A stretch of DNA of 64,000 nt, taken from Phoronis australis. Lineage: Eukaryota; Animalia; Phoronida. The notes under the pieces are model-generated. The model did not search any database. It was given only the letters and a program-made list of their open reading frames with translations, and had not been told where the DNA came from. Positions 37,978 to 50,046 of the stretch are shown piece by piece; position 1 is the stretch's first letter, and the number at the start of each line of letters is the position of its first letter. Made by a program: the position numbers and the translations under genes. The stretch covers positions 301,848 to 365,847 of the forward strand of contig NMRA01000455.1 of assembly GCA_002633005.1 (NCBI GenBank), in the 5' to 3' direction.

Positions 37978-40292
37978 TCAAGCATCCATTGCATGCAGCG
38001 TGGTTCCATATAAAGGATTCGAATGCTGCACGGACTGCGATGCATTTCCGTTTATATCACTGTATGTATCGTCAACAGGTACGCGGTTCTTGTTCCGTCG
38101 TCTGCAAATTATTACTGCGGCAGACGACACGATAACGGCTATCAGCACTGCTGCACCCCCAGCAGCACCTGCGATTATAGCTACGTTTGACGAAGTATCT
38201 TGATTTTCACCAACCTGCTGTGGCGTGTCCGCCGTCTGGAGTTCAACAGTAGATTGCGTTTTTACAAGAGTGGTTGTTGTCAATGATGGGCTATTTGTTC
38301 TTCGTTTTGTTGTTACGGTTTTCATAGTCTTGAAGTGAATCGACGAAGTTTGCATACTCATCGTACGCGTAGTAGTGGTATAAAAACGTTCCTTATGCGT
38401 GGTTTGTTTCGTTGTAGAAGTGAGTTCTGTTCTTTCCACAGTTGGTAGATTCGATTGTGAAGATACAGGTATAGTGTGATTTTGTGTATAGGCGGTGGCG
38501 CGAGTCGTTTGTTGAGTTGCAGCAGACGTGGTCGTCATTTGTTGCGGTACAATTGAGCTGGTGTAGTTGTCATTAGGCCTACTTGACGTACTTTCACGAG
38601 TTTTTGTTGGTACTACGCTGATCGTACTTGAAATGGATTTCCCCGATGTTGTCTGCGAGACTGTCGCTGCTACTATTGTTCCTTTAGCAAATTCACAAGT
38701 GCTGCCTGTATAACCCGGACGACAAATGCATTTAAACCCATTGATTCCATCCAAACAGCTTCCGTTGTGGAGACAAGGTCTAGACAAACATTCGTTGACG
38801 TCAACTGAACAATTTTTGCTAGTAAAACCAGGAGGACACGAACACGCGTAGTCGCCACTGCCATCAACACAGGTTCCATTATTAAGGCATGGCTTTGTTT
38901 CGCACTCGTCGATGTCTGTTTCGCATCTGCTTCCAGTGAATCCGTCAATACATTTGCATACGTAAGAGTTCACACCATCAATACACGATCCATTATTCTT
39001 GCACGTATGTTGCACACAATCATCAATATCATGGTCACAATGGGCTCCAGAGAATCCAACAACACAATCACATGCGTATGCATTTACTAGGTCTCTGCAA
39101 GTGCCATTATTCTTACACGGGCTTGATGCGCAGTCATCGACATTGACCGTGCAGTTGGGACCCGAGATGCCAGGTGGGCATGCGCACGTATATCCGGCTA
39201 TTCCATCCCCACAAGTTCCGCCGTTTACGCAAGGATTAGGTACACAATCGTTGATGTTCGTCTGGCACCGATGTCCTGCAAAACCGACAGCACAGGCGCA
39301 CGTGAAGTTATCCAAGCCATCGATGCATGAGCCACCATTTAGACATGGGGCATTTGAACAGTCATCAACGTTTATTTCACAATTTCGTCCTGTGTAACCT
39401 TTTCCGCAAGTGCACGTAAAGTTTGCAACTTCGTCGCGACAGAGTCCGCCGTTTTGACACGGATTTGGTGCACAGTCATCTATGTTGTGTTCACATCCGC
39501 GCCCAGTGTATCCTTCTATGCATGCACAAGAGAAATTTGCAATCAAGTCCGAGCAAATAGCACCGTTTTTACAAGGATTTGGCAAACAGTCATTAATGTT
39601 AATCTCACACTTTTCTCCTGAGTAACCATTTGGGCACAAGCAGGTGAAGTTAGCAATTGCATCGGTGCACTTAGCACCATTTTTGCACGGATTTGATGCA
39701 CAATCGTCATTGTTAATTTCACACGTTCTTCCTGAAAAACCTTTTGCACAATCGCATGTGAAATTACGAACTCTATCTCTGCATACGCCACCATTTACAC
39801 ATGGTTTTGATGTACAATCATCAATATCAACTTCACAATGTTGTCCAGTAAACCCTACTGGACACAAACACGTGAAGTCGTTAACAAGGTCAGCACAGGT
39901 GCCGCCGTTTTTACAGGAATTTGACTTACAGTCGTCCACGTTTGTCTCGCATTGCTTCCCAGTGAACCCTGTTGGGCAAATACATTGGGAATCGTTGATT
40001 TTGTCAACGCATGTTGCTCCGTTCTGACACGGATTTGGCGTGCAGTCGTCTATATTATTCTGACAGAGATCACCATCAAATCCCGTTAAGCAGGAGCACG
40101 TGACATTATCACCCGTGGAGAAGCATGTGCCGCCGTTACTGCAAGTAACCGCTAGGCAAGGGTCCACGGCTGTCTCACAGTGAACGCCAGAATATCCCTG
40201 GGGACACGCACACTTGTAAGAAATGGTGTACATGAGTTCGTTAACTAGGTCCTGACATGTTCCACCATTTTTGCACGTATCACTTGAGCAAG
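37978..40292 (-). CDS. MAM-EGF type I membrane protein, exon 5: 14 EGF repeats, Ser/Thr stalk, TM helix, cytoplasmic tail
   Basis: ttttttag|CT TGC TCA..., 2315 nt open to TGA. Has 14 six-Cys EGF units (12 starting with a DD/ND/DE/NE-C calcium-binding-type motif), a Thr-rich stalk, TM VAIIAGAAGGAAVLIAVIVSSAAVIIC followed by RRR, and a tail with YSDI and NPLY. Confidence 0.95.
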
Positions 40293-40354
40293 CTAAAAAA
40301 CATGTTTCACGCCATAAAGAGTTTGGAATCGTATACATGTCATCAACATATATG

Positions 40355-40418
<64 letters not shown>

Positions 40419-40461
40419 TCAGAAACAACAACAACAACAACAACAATAATAATAATAATAG
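40355..40461. repeat. (AAC)n/(AAT)n microsatellite in intron 4
   Basis: Directly visible. It is the source of the spurious poly-Leu N-terminus of the 822-aa ORF. Confidence 0.97.
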
Positions 40462-40752
40462 AAGACTATTAGTAAACCCCTACACGAGCCAGGTAATGAG
40501 TTATAAAAGTTAAAATCGAGGCTACGACTGATATTAATTTTGAGCAAACTTCGGAGTGGCAACATCTATGCCCACATACTGTACACGCGTGTATCATTGG
40601 TCATGCAATAGCGTTGCAGCATTTTTAAACTGGATTAAGTATATACAATAATTACATTTTCTTGACATCAGAATTATACGAGCAAACATTGGGCTCTGCT
40701 TGTCTAGTTGTCTTTATTTGTAAATATTTGTATTTGTTAAACAATTACCTAC

Positions 40753-40831
40753 CGCAGGACAGTAGCGAAACATCATCCAACATGTGACCTCCATAACTAA
40801 CTGAATCGACATTTGTTGCGCGAAAGATTAC
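40753..40831 (-). CDS. MAM-EGF protein, exon 4 (MAM C-terminus)
   Basis: ccccaccag|GTA ATC TTT...TCC TGC G|gtaggt, 79 nt, phase 0-1: VIFRATNVDSVSYGGHMLDDVSLLSC (MAM 'DDv...C' end). Confidence 0.85.
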
Positions 40832-41949
40832 CTGGTGGGGAAAGACATTGGATATATAAGTAGAGCGTGGAAAACACTGACGAGGTCGTTAGCTTCATTT
40901 AGACGAGGATCACTCTGTTCAAGTGACAACTGCTTAAACCGTCCCTTAAGCAATATTTGCTTCCCGTCGACTGTCCTGCCCTGCCTCCTCTTAGATACGC
41001 TAGTCGGCCAGTAATAACATTTCATTAATAGCCACTGATGGAACACGCTCAATTTCTTTGCAAAAACACCGACTACTTTTAATATAGCGAAAAACTGTTT
41101 AACTGCAGGAACGTAACTTCTGTGGATTGTCAGAGGTTGGACCCCCCTATAATAGTCAACTTAGTTGGACAAAGAGGGAAAAGTTGACCTAGAATAGACA
41201 AAGGAGGGCAAAGAGGTCAATTCTATGAAGTATTTCCAAGCTGGGGGCTTTAAAAAATTGGCCATATTTGGACTCTTTATCAATTGGTGATAAATTCCCC
41301 TTAACCTTACTGCGGGTTTTCTTAGAATTAATATTAAGTTCTGTTGTCATTTTCCCTCAAAACGAAATGTTTTTATATGTTGTTATACGAAAAAATAATG
41401 ATTCACTGTCAAATATGCTAAACAAACAACATCAAGGCCACCACCGTGGAAGCGCGTTAGTCTCGTGACGCATTCACAGGACACGTCTTACTAATTAGGT
41501 TCAGATCCACTCGTTTTGGCAGTTACATATACATAGGAAGTAGGATTTTTTGTGAGAAAGTAGGGGGTAAGCCGATTTTTAATAAAAGAGGCTTTAAATC
41601 AATACATTACAGAATTATAATTTTTGGTGGCGATGAGTTATGTAATAATATTAAATTTTTGCACATGGCACAACTCAAGTTAAAATACTTATGAAAAAGA
41701 TTTTGGAAAAGGTTCATGATTCATTTACCAAAAAGCCTTCAAAAATGAAAACGTTCCCGAAAAATCAAACGCGTCTACTTTTACTTCCTCGTCCAATCTA
41801 AACAAAACCTTTCAAAAGATTTTAGGAAGTCGAAAAGAATTACGCCCAAACGTTCAAGTCGCGTGTTCTATTCTGATGCTCCAATACTATCCACCACTTT
41901 TGAAACGAGGAATCTGAAGAGCACATGCTACTTGCAAAGGTCCACATAC

Positions 41950-42209
41950 CTTATATGGGGTGATGGTAAGTTGAGATACGTCAATAAATGCCCTCTTCCA
42001 ACTGTTGCCCTGTTTTCCACTTACAGAGAATACATTTACCTCTGTACTGCTCTGAGATATAGAAACAGTGAAAGGTCCCAGGTTTGGAAAGTCCATAAAA
42101 TAATAGAATTCTAGGGCACATCCTTTTTTTGAAGACAACTGTGACGTGAGATTTGTGTTCTCGTTGAAAGTTGGTTTGTGTATCTTTCTTTGCGCGTACA
42201 TTGCCTTAC
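41950..42209 (-). CDS. MAM-EGF protein, exon 3 (MAM core)
   Basis: ttttcag|GT AAG...TAT AAG|gtatgt, 260 nt, phase 1-0: ...GCALEFYYFMDFPNLGPFTVSI...VFSVSGKQGNSWKRAFIDV... Confidence 0.9.
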
Positions 42210-42293
42210 CTGAAAATAACATGTTACAAACGCCTTGCAGATTTTGCGCATGTAAGCCGCTGGCTACCAGCATCAGCTAAATCACGTACCGTC

Positions 42294-43264
42294 CAGTGGC
42301 GGATCTAGGATATCACAAGGGGGGACAACTTTTTTGTAAGCATTTGTGCAAACCACGATTGTAGATGCGCATACACTGTAGCACCGAATGGGGGCACACC
42401 CCCCTCCCACCCAGGAAATTTTTCTGTTTTTCCTCTAAAAATCAAGCATTTTCCTTGATTCCTGAAGTATTATCCAAGAAAAATTGGAGAACGTGTCAAA
42501 CAGGAACAACTGAACATACCACAGACTCGAAGTCACGACCTGGCGGATATAGCACGCGTGCTTTACTACTACACCACCATGATTTCACTTCTTAGCTGAT
42601 ACTAAGAGACCTACTTGTTTATGGTCCACAACGTTTGCGCGCGAAACCTACTTCTTTTTGTAATGTTTATTACACGTTTTATGTTTTGTGCTCTCGGTTC
42701 GTAACAAATTTGTTGTATTTAAATTAGTCTTCAAATGCCCAAATGACCAAATCCGTTTTTCGTGTCGGCAATAATGACGGGATTGCTTTGGAAATCGTCT
42801 TAAGTTAAGGTTTGACAAAGAAAGAATTACGAGTTTCTGAGTGGTTCACTAAGGCTTCGATTAAAATTCACATCTTCTGTTTTTTCATCGTCACTCAGGT
42901 TCCATTTTCTTTAAAAAATGAAGTAAATTTTCTTCATTGCACAGTGGAGCAGACGACGGAAACGGAGTCGTAGTGCGCAGCGCCACTGCCGGTCGCCTGG
43001 GATATCGCGGAAGAGCCTATCTTAGCCATAGTTCCGTTACGATTGCGCCGTGTACCGAATTTGACACTTGAAATTGGATCTGAGCACCCCCAAACACTAA
43101 AACTGCACCCATTTAGATCTTGTTTCATCCGTATAATTTTAATTACCAGGGTTAATTAAATAAACACAACACTTCCCTACGCTCTTCCTGTTTTATTTTT
43201 TTGCGGCAGCCAAGGGGGGGGGGGGAGGGGGTAGGGCCCCCTGCCCCCCCTAATTCCGCCTTTG
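42294..43264. mobile_element. hAT-like MITE with apparent 5-bp TSD
   Basis: CCGTC|CAGTGGCGGATCTA ... TAATTCCGCCTTTG|CCGTC, with subterminal G/C runs. Confidence 0.6.
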
Positions 43265-43503
43265 CCGTCGTACACGAATTTCATGCAACATCCAATACCA
43301 TGACGAAAACCAACTGTTTTACCAGGAAGCAGTACCATCACCCACCTGGTGAGCAATATAGCGATATTTACTTGCTGTCGTTGTCACTCATGCAGTGACA
43401 AGCTTAAAGTGAAAGGGAGAAAGGGAGAATTTCCCGCACACACGCCTCCGTTTACCAAGTGTCTTATGCCAAGAGAGAGAAAGAGGGCTCATTAAATGAA
43501 AAA

Positions 43504-43519
43504 ATATATATATAAATAA

Positions 43520-43592
<73 letters not shown>
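43504..43592. repeat. (TA)n microsatellite
   Basis: Directly visible. Confidence 0.97.
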
Positions 43593-43596
<4 letters not shown>

Positions 43597-44014
43597 GTTC
43601 TAACACAATCTCGGCTGCAAATTTTCGTTGTGACAAGTTGTGTTGAACACAACAATCTACTTGTTTTTAATTGCTTTCACAGATAATCACTCCTTGAAGC
43701 CGCGCAGGCTGATCTTAAACCCGTTGATGTACATTGTAAAAGCTGATCCACGCTCATGGCAGTGAGGAATTAGCACTTGAAAAGAGTGAAAATACTGTAG
43801 GCACTTCCAGAAATAGTACAGCACCACTCCCCTTTCCAGGTATTTACCCACAACAAAACACGTGTCAAGCACTTCCTCTTCTTTTTAACATGCATGTACA
43901 TGTATACTAGCCACTATCTTACAACTTAATTATATTGACGTAATTCCTTATTGGTGTGCAGGTAAACGTGAATCTATACAGTTTGAGTTGCGATGCTGAA
44001 ACCAAGAAATTGAC

Positions 44015-44580
44015 AAAACAGGCAAATATCAGTTCTGGAGACAATTTTCTTGTAATTCAACTCTGGAAAAAGTGCCAGCAATGCAGTATTGTTTCTACCT
44101 TCACTGAAGAGTATAGTTCGATCCAGGGTAGAGTTCAGTAACGCTAAGACCTACGCTAGCATCTCAGTCGCTAAATCTAGCCAGACTCACGCGTTCGAAT
44201 TAAAAATACACGCTAATATCTCACGTAATGTCGCCAATTCTTGCTTTTTAGCGAGGTCACAGCGTTTACTTCACTCTACCCAAGATACTGTAGGCCTATT
44301 ACATGTACATGTGCATGCATGGGCGTCCGTCACTGGAGACTACCTTTAAGTGGGAAGCTCGATAAAGCAACATTCAACATATATGACGATCAAAACGTTC
44401 ACTTCTGAGCCTTTGGAAATGATAGTGGCAAAACAGGCAAATACCAGTGCTGGACGTGATTTTCTTGTAATTCAACTCATGACAATGTGAGTGCCTGACA
44501 ATTGAAAAGTGCCAGCCATGTTGTCTCTACCTTCACGGAAGAGGATATTTCAATCTAGGTTAGAGTTCAGTAACGCTATG
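44015..44580 (+). repeat. Diverged direct duplication (44015-44150 vs 44430-44580)
   Basis: AAAACAGGCAAATA.CAGT.CTGGA...TTTTCTTGTAATTCAACTC...AAAAGTGCCAGC...TCTACCTTCAC.GAAGAG...TAGAGTTCAGTAACGCTA occurs twice. Confidence 0.85.
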
Positions 44581-46070
44581 CTATTCTCTCTCAAATCACT
44601 GGTACTAATTTATTACGGTGCTAACTAAACCAGTACTAGTTAACTATACTGTAGAACGCAGACACGTGGTTTTTTGATTTCTACAAAGCTCGACGAGGTG
44701 GTTGACACAAATTTATTAGTGATTCCTTGTTAGCCTTGTAAAAGCATGTTTAGACAAACAGCCTAATGAAACAACGTGGTTAAAAAGCTGTGAAAATATA
44801 ACGTGAAACAAAATCAATGTCAGTTACTACATTCTTCTTTGAGTAAAGCAAACTAGATAAGGCAGCTAATGAACTTACCGCTGTGCCATTTTCTTACTAC
44901 TAAATTTGTGGAGCTGCGTTTCTACAGTTACATGTAACTGTTCATCTTCCACAAAGCTGAGTACAGCTCAGAGCAAATTACCGTAGAATCGGTTTCTCTT
45001 CACCATATGTTTTATATGTTTTTTATTACTAGCGAATTTTGCTGTGGCGAACTTGTTATCGTCTCCCACAACATAGTCGCAAAAAAATTGCTAATGGCAC
45101 GTGCGCTTGTCGCGAGTGTATTGGTTGCAAGTTAAGGATAAGTTTTAATTTGTGAAAAGCTGGAGATCGATGGAAGGGAATGACATATTTCATATACAGT
45201 GCAGTCTGATGACGAGGTGACGAGCAACAATATCAGGGCCGATGTAAAATTTCGAGGTCTATATGAAATTTATAAGCACCGTAGATCATAGACGTCACTA
45301 GTTTTTAAACCATCCCTTAAACTGTTTAAGATGAGTCTTTGTGTACGAATCGTACCTTTGTAGAATTTGACGCTAGTCTTCGTAGAGAACAGCTTGGTTT
45401 CTGGTTAACTGACAGTACATTATAATTACATGGCCATCTAGTCTGATCAATTAATATTGATAAAATTCATTATCCTGCAGGTTTTAATCAAACTACCAAC
45501 TGTACTTCACAACCAAAAGCTTTTAGCGAAGTTTCGGTAAGTGGGAAAGGTTAACTCTGGTAGTTAATCTGCAGGCGATGCTTCGCTAAAAATAGTACGA
45601 GTGATTAAAGCTTCGGTACTCCCCGAAACTGTGTTGTAGTGGGAAATGTCAGAGCCAAACTTCGGATAGACTATCCGTAGAGGTCACAGCAGTGAAATAG
45701 ATATTTTGCAAAAGGTATTCTCTGTTATTGAAAAGTTAATTTACATTTGTACATTTCAATTCCTAAATAAATAAAATAATACATATCTAATGAAGAATGA
45801 CACCGACCATTTGCATAAACAACGATAAGCCTAAATGACCGGTGATCAATTTTCAGTTAGCCTCAAATGCAACTCTGAGTATTTGTTTGAGAGTACGGAT
45901 GAATTGCGCCGTCATTAATTTTTCTTCGATGACTTTCTTTTAGGACATATTTCGTTTTTACTGCTTTCTATTTGCACTTCACAATCTTAATGGCCAGTTT
46001 CTACATTGTGGCTGTTCTGCTAGGAAACTGAAAATAACAATGGTGGCGATTCATTTAACTTCACACTTAC

Positions 46071-46247
46071 CTGTCTTACTGCGATCAGATGTACCTGGTC
46101 CGCCACGAATGAGTGTTAAATCCTTCACTTCCCAAAAGTAGTTGTAGTATGCGAACTTCCCAGTTTGGAAGATTTCTATGCTGTACCCGCATATTGCGTT
46201 GTCATCAAATGAACAATTTATTTTGTTGCATCGCGAGAGCTTCAAAA
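46071..46247 (-). CDS. MAM-EGF protein, exon 2 (signal-peptide end and MAM N-terminus)
   Basis: tctatttcag|TT TTG AAG...AAG ACA G|gtaagt, 177 nt, phase 1-1: LKLSRCNKINCSFDDNAICGYSIEIFQTGKFAYYNYFWEVKDLTLIRGGPGTSDRSKT (CxFD...CGY...W...GP...D). Confidence 0.9.
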
Positions 46248-46359
46248 CTGAAATAGAAATGTGGCAATATGGCGCCAGCCACGGGACAACTATACCAACT
46301 ATACTCCGGACCCTGATTTGGTAAGTGAGATATGAATAATTATGAAACGTTCCTCATTG

Positions 46360-47150
46360 TTTTATTTTCTTTTTTTAAGAATTTATTATAATTTGTAAAA
46401 CAGTACAAAAACAAACAAACAAACAAATAAGTACATCCATTCATTCACGCATGCACACCTCAGGAAAGACCATTCTCGTATCTCGTTTAAAGTAAATAAC
46501 TTCTACATGTAGTTAACGTGAACAACGAAATTTTCCCATTTCGCAGAGAAGCTGTCATATACATGTAAAAAAGTTTGTGTATGCAATTAATTTTTCAGCA
46601 TTGTAGTACTTATAAGTATATGTTATAAACCTGTGAATATTAGGTATATTTTTGTGACATCTCGTTTGTAAATGTACTGTTTGGCTATTAGAAGCAAAAT
46701 GTTAAAAAGAAAATCATGTGTCTCGTAAAGTCCAAGAATAACTCGATCGTAAGAGAGACTGTTGGGAAGCTGAATGCGACACTTTTGCATTAGCTGTCCG
46801 AATTGCTTCCAAAAATCTTGTACAATGCGACATTCCCAAAAAAGGTGTGACAGCGTCTGTAGAGCTTTATTACAAAAGGAACATAAATTAGAATCCCGAA
46901 CACGGATTTTGACTAAAAAGGTATTTATTGCAATAATCCTGTGTAGTATTCTAAATTGGAACGATCTAATGTTGGGATCCTTTATAACTTCATCAGGCAG
47001 TGCGTATATTTTCTTCCAATGTAAACTATCTCCTAATTCTATGTCCCATTTACACTCTGACTTAGAAGGTTTCTTAACGTCATTAAAGACTGAACAAATA
47101 ATTCTACAACCCTTCAAGTCTTTCTGTAAGTGAGTGGTTGCTAAAGGCAT
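46360..47150 (-). mobile_element. 5'-truncated L1/Tx1-clade LINE 3' end (zf-RVT region and A-rich tail)
   Basis: IRSFQFRILHRIIAINTFLVKIRVRDSNLCSFCNKALQTLSHLFWEC...ILLLIAKQYIYK. AATAAA and an A-rich tail lie near 46390-46360 on the minus strand. Confidence 0.9.
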
Positions 47151-47419
47151 ACATGTACATTGTTGGTGGTTGTTTTATATATCTGAGGTGGTACCAAGAA
47201 TTTCCGATAAGATACCGAGAGCTTTAATGCCGCACATTCTTTGGCTTTCAAGATGGCATGGCCGGTGCTGTGCCTGCATTGACCGGCGAAATGCAAGACG
47301 ACTGTTTTTATTCTCCCAGTTCAACATAAGCAAGGACAAAGGTCTGGGCTTCCCTTGCCTTACTTTACAATTCAGTGAAATCAAAGTTTACTAAGTTAAA
47401 TGTATACTTGAACCAGATT

Positions 47420-49610
47420 TTATAAATACATTTAAAGAAAAAAACATACAAGACAGTGTAGTAGTATATGGCTCTGAAAAGGGATGATAGTATTTTGGAA
47501 TGATAAAGTAGCCTTACATTGCTATTAAATTATGCATTTGTGACCACTTGTTTGTAACTCTTTCCATTTGTAAAGTTTTTGAATAAATATATTTTTCACA
47601 GGAGTTAATAACTGTTAATTTCTTTTTTAATATAACTAAATTTGGAGGTTAGCATTGAAACGTTGTTTATATAAATGGAACTTGCACAGACACAAGATTA
47701 AATTTTGAATTGGTTGCCTTCTACATCTGATTCCAAAGAAAACTGTGACTACATTTGTACCCACGGAAATATTGTTTTTTTTTCTAACCCAATCTTCAAC
47801 AATGTTACAAAAACTTTAAACAACATCACATTGCCAGTATAAGTGAAGCAAAGTCTCAGTTTCACTCTTACCAAACGTACACAAGGGGAGTTACTGACCC
47901 CAATTTTGACAAGAAAAGAGTTACAGCTGACTATCCTATGTGACAGTCTAAATTGAAACCAACGAAAATTTCACATCAAGTGTAAAGTTCACATAGTAGG
48001 CATTTTTCCACCATTCAATAGTGTCTGGTATAGCAAGTTCTGCCTGCCACCTCATTTCAGACCTAGGCCTAGAATATTTGTTTAGCACAAAAGTGTTGTA
48101 TATATGTTTTGTGCCCTTTTTGTCTGCAAGTAATAATTTCACAAAAATTGGGATAAAGGGTGCATAGAAGAAAAACTTGTGTCTGTTTGAGATTTTTCAT
48201 TTTGACAAACAGCCTTTTGTGCCCATAAAAATTCACAACCATTGGTCTAAAATTGAACTTTTTGCAAAATCATCAAACGATAACAAATATTCATGCTCGT
48301 CTAGTAGGTCTGAGATATAATAAACACCCTTTTCAAACCATCTTCTCCAAAACAGTTTCTCTTCCAATCAATACATTAGTGTTATACCAAATCGCATGAT
48401 ATGGTATTCCCTTCTGATCTATCATATTAGAAAAATCATACAGAAAGTTAAATAGTTCCTGCCAAAAAGGTTCTCAGTTTGAGAAGCGGCATATTTGTAG
48501 AAATAGTTCCCAAAGTTTATACACTCCAATGATATCAAATCAGTGTTAAAGAGGATACTTAACCATGCAGTAGAATTTGTGGCTTTAAAGATACTACGCG
48601 TCCATGTTATTTTGATTGCCTTTACAAAAGTGTAAGCTTTTATCATTTTACAACCACCAGATTCATAATGTTAAAATATGGTTTTGCGACTACTTCTGTC
48701 ACACTTTCCTCAAACAGTTTCTGTAAATCTTTACAGAACAGATTGTTGGGGATTGGCAAACATGACAAAACATGGATCAGTTTTGGGAGAAGAAATGATT
48801 TGACCAAGTAACTTTACCAAGAGTACTTAAGTTTCTGTTTGACCATCTTATAATTTCCTTTTTAATATCAACCAACTTGAGATCAAAATTTAAATTACGC
48901 ATTTCCTGGATGTCACCAGATAAACACGATCCCAAGCATAGTAAACTGCGAGCTAGACCATTTTAAGTCCTTTTCAGAACAAACCCTTGAATTGCTTTGC
49001 CTCATAGAACCTACCCAGACACAAGTTGTTTTTTCTAAACTTGGAGTTAGACCTGAATACTTCGAGAACTGATCAAGTGGATCAAGAGAGTTTTTTAATG
49101 ATCTTTCGGAACCATCAAGGGTGATGACAGTGTCATATGCATATTTTATATTTATGTTTTTCCTAAAGAGATTTTCCATAATCTCACTACATAGCAGAAA
49201 AAGATAGGGAGATAAAGGGTCTCCTTGTTTGAATCCTCTACCCATTTAAAAATTGATAAGTTTTTTCATATTGAATTACACAAGCCATAGCTTCCTCCTC
49301 AAGCCTCTTTTTATGTTTGAGCCAAAATTAAGAAAGACAGGTTTTTTGTAGAAATACCCCGGACACTGAGTAGAACGCCTTCTCAAAATCAACCAGGACC
49401 AGTAATCCAGGGATATTCAATTGGGCAGTTGCACAGATAAGATCATAAATCAATAGAATATTTTCTCTAATGAATCTACTAGCAATATAACCTTTCTGGT
49501 TTTCGCGGATCAAGCAATTTAAGACAGACTTTACACGTTCAGCAATACAGGCTGAAATTAATTTATAATTTATATTGAGCAATGAAATTGGCCTCCAGCA
49601 AGACGACGTG
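47420..49610 (-). mobile_element. Degenerate L1/Tx1-clade LINE ORF2 (RT and zf-RVT), 5'-truncated
   Basis: WRPISLLNINYKL, GLLVLVDFEKAF, RGFKQGDPLSPYLFLL and YAYDT (YADD-like) occur in order, with frameshifts and stops. Confidence 0.92.
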
Positions 49611-50046
49611 TCCATTCCGCTCAAAATATAAGAGGAAAGTGGAACGAATTTCAGATGTGTAGAACATTAAAAATAACAAGTGCCTTCGAAGGCCTGTGTT
49701 ACACCCTATCCTGTTCTATTCCCCATTGTCTGACGACTGCACCAGCCAAAAATGCTAGTTCTTGACAAATAATCATTGCGAAAACGTTGCCCATCATAGT
49801 CTGGTGAGCTTGCACAATGGTGGGTATGTTTTCACAAACCAACGACAAAATCATTGGAAATATTTTTTCCTTGACCTTCACGTTCAAATACTTTACAGTA
49901 TCGGCAATCAACGTAGTATTAGGTAACAATGCTACAACTAATTATAACAATTACAATGATAATAACAATGATGATGAGGATGATAAATGGCGAATGCATT
50001 GGTGATGGAAATAATAATAATAGTAACAACAACAATAATGCTAATA

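Noticed and set aside
37978-40292. Calling the EGF protein Notch, Delta/Serrate, Crumbs or fibropellin
   Set aside because: Diagnostic LNR/ANK, DSL, LamG and CUB/avidin domains are absent, so no gene symbol is given.
40293-40446. Poly-Leu 'signal peptide' at the start of the 822-aa ORF
   Set aside because: It is the (AAC)n microsatellite read through intron 4. A good acceptor at 40293 and upstream MAM exons explain the real structure.
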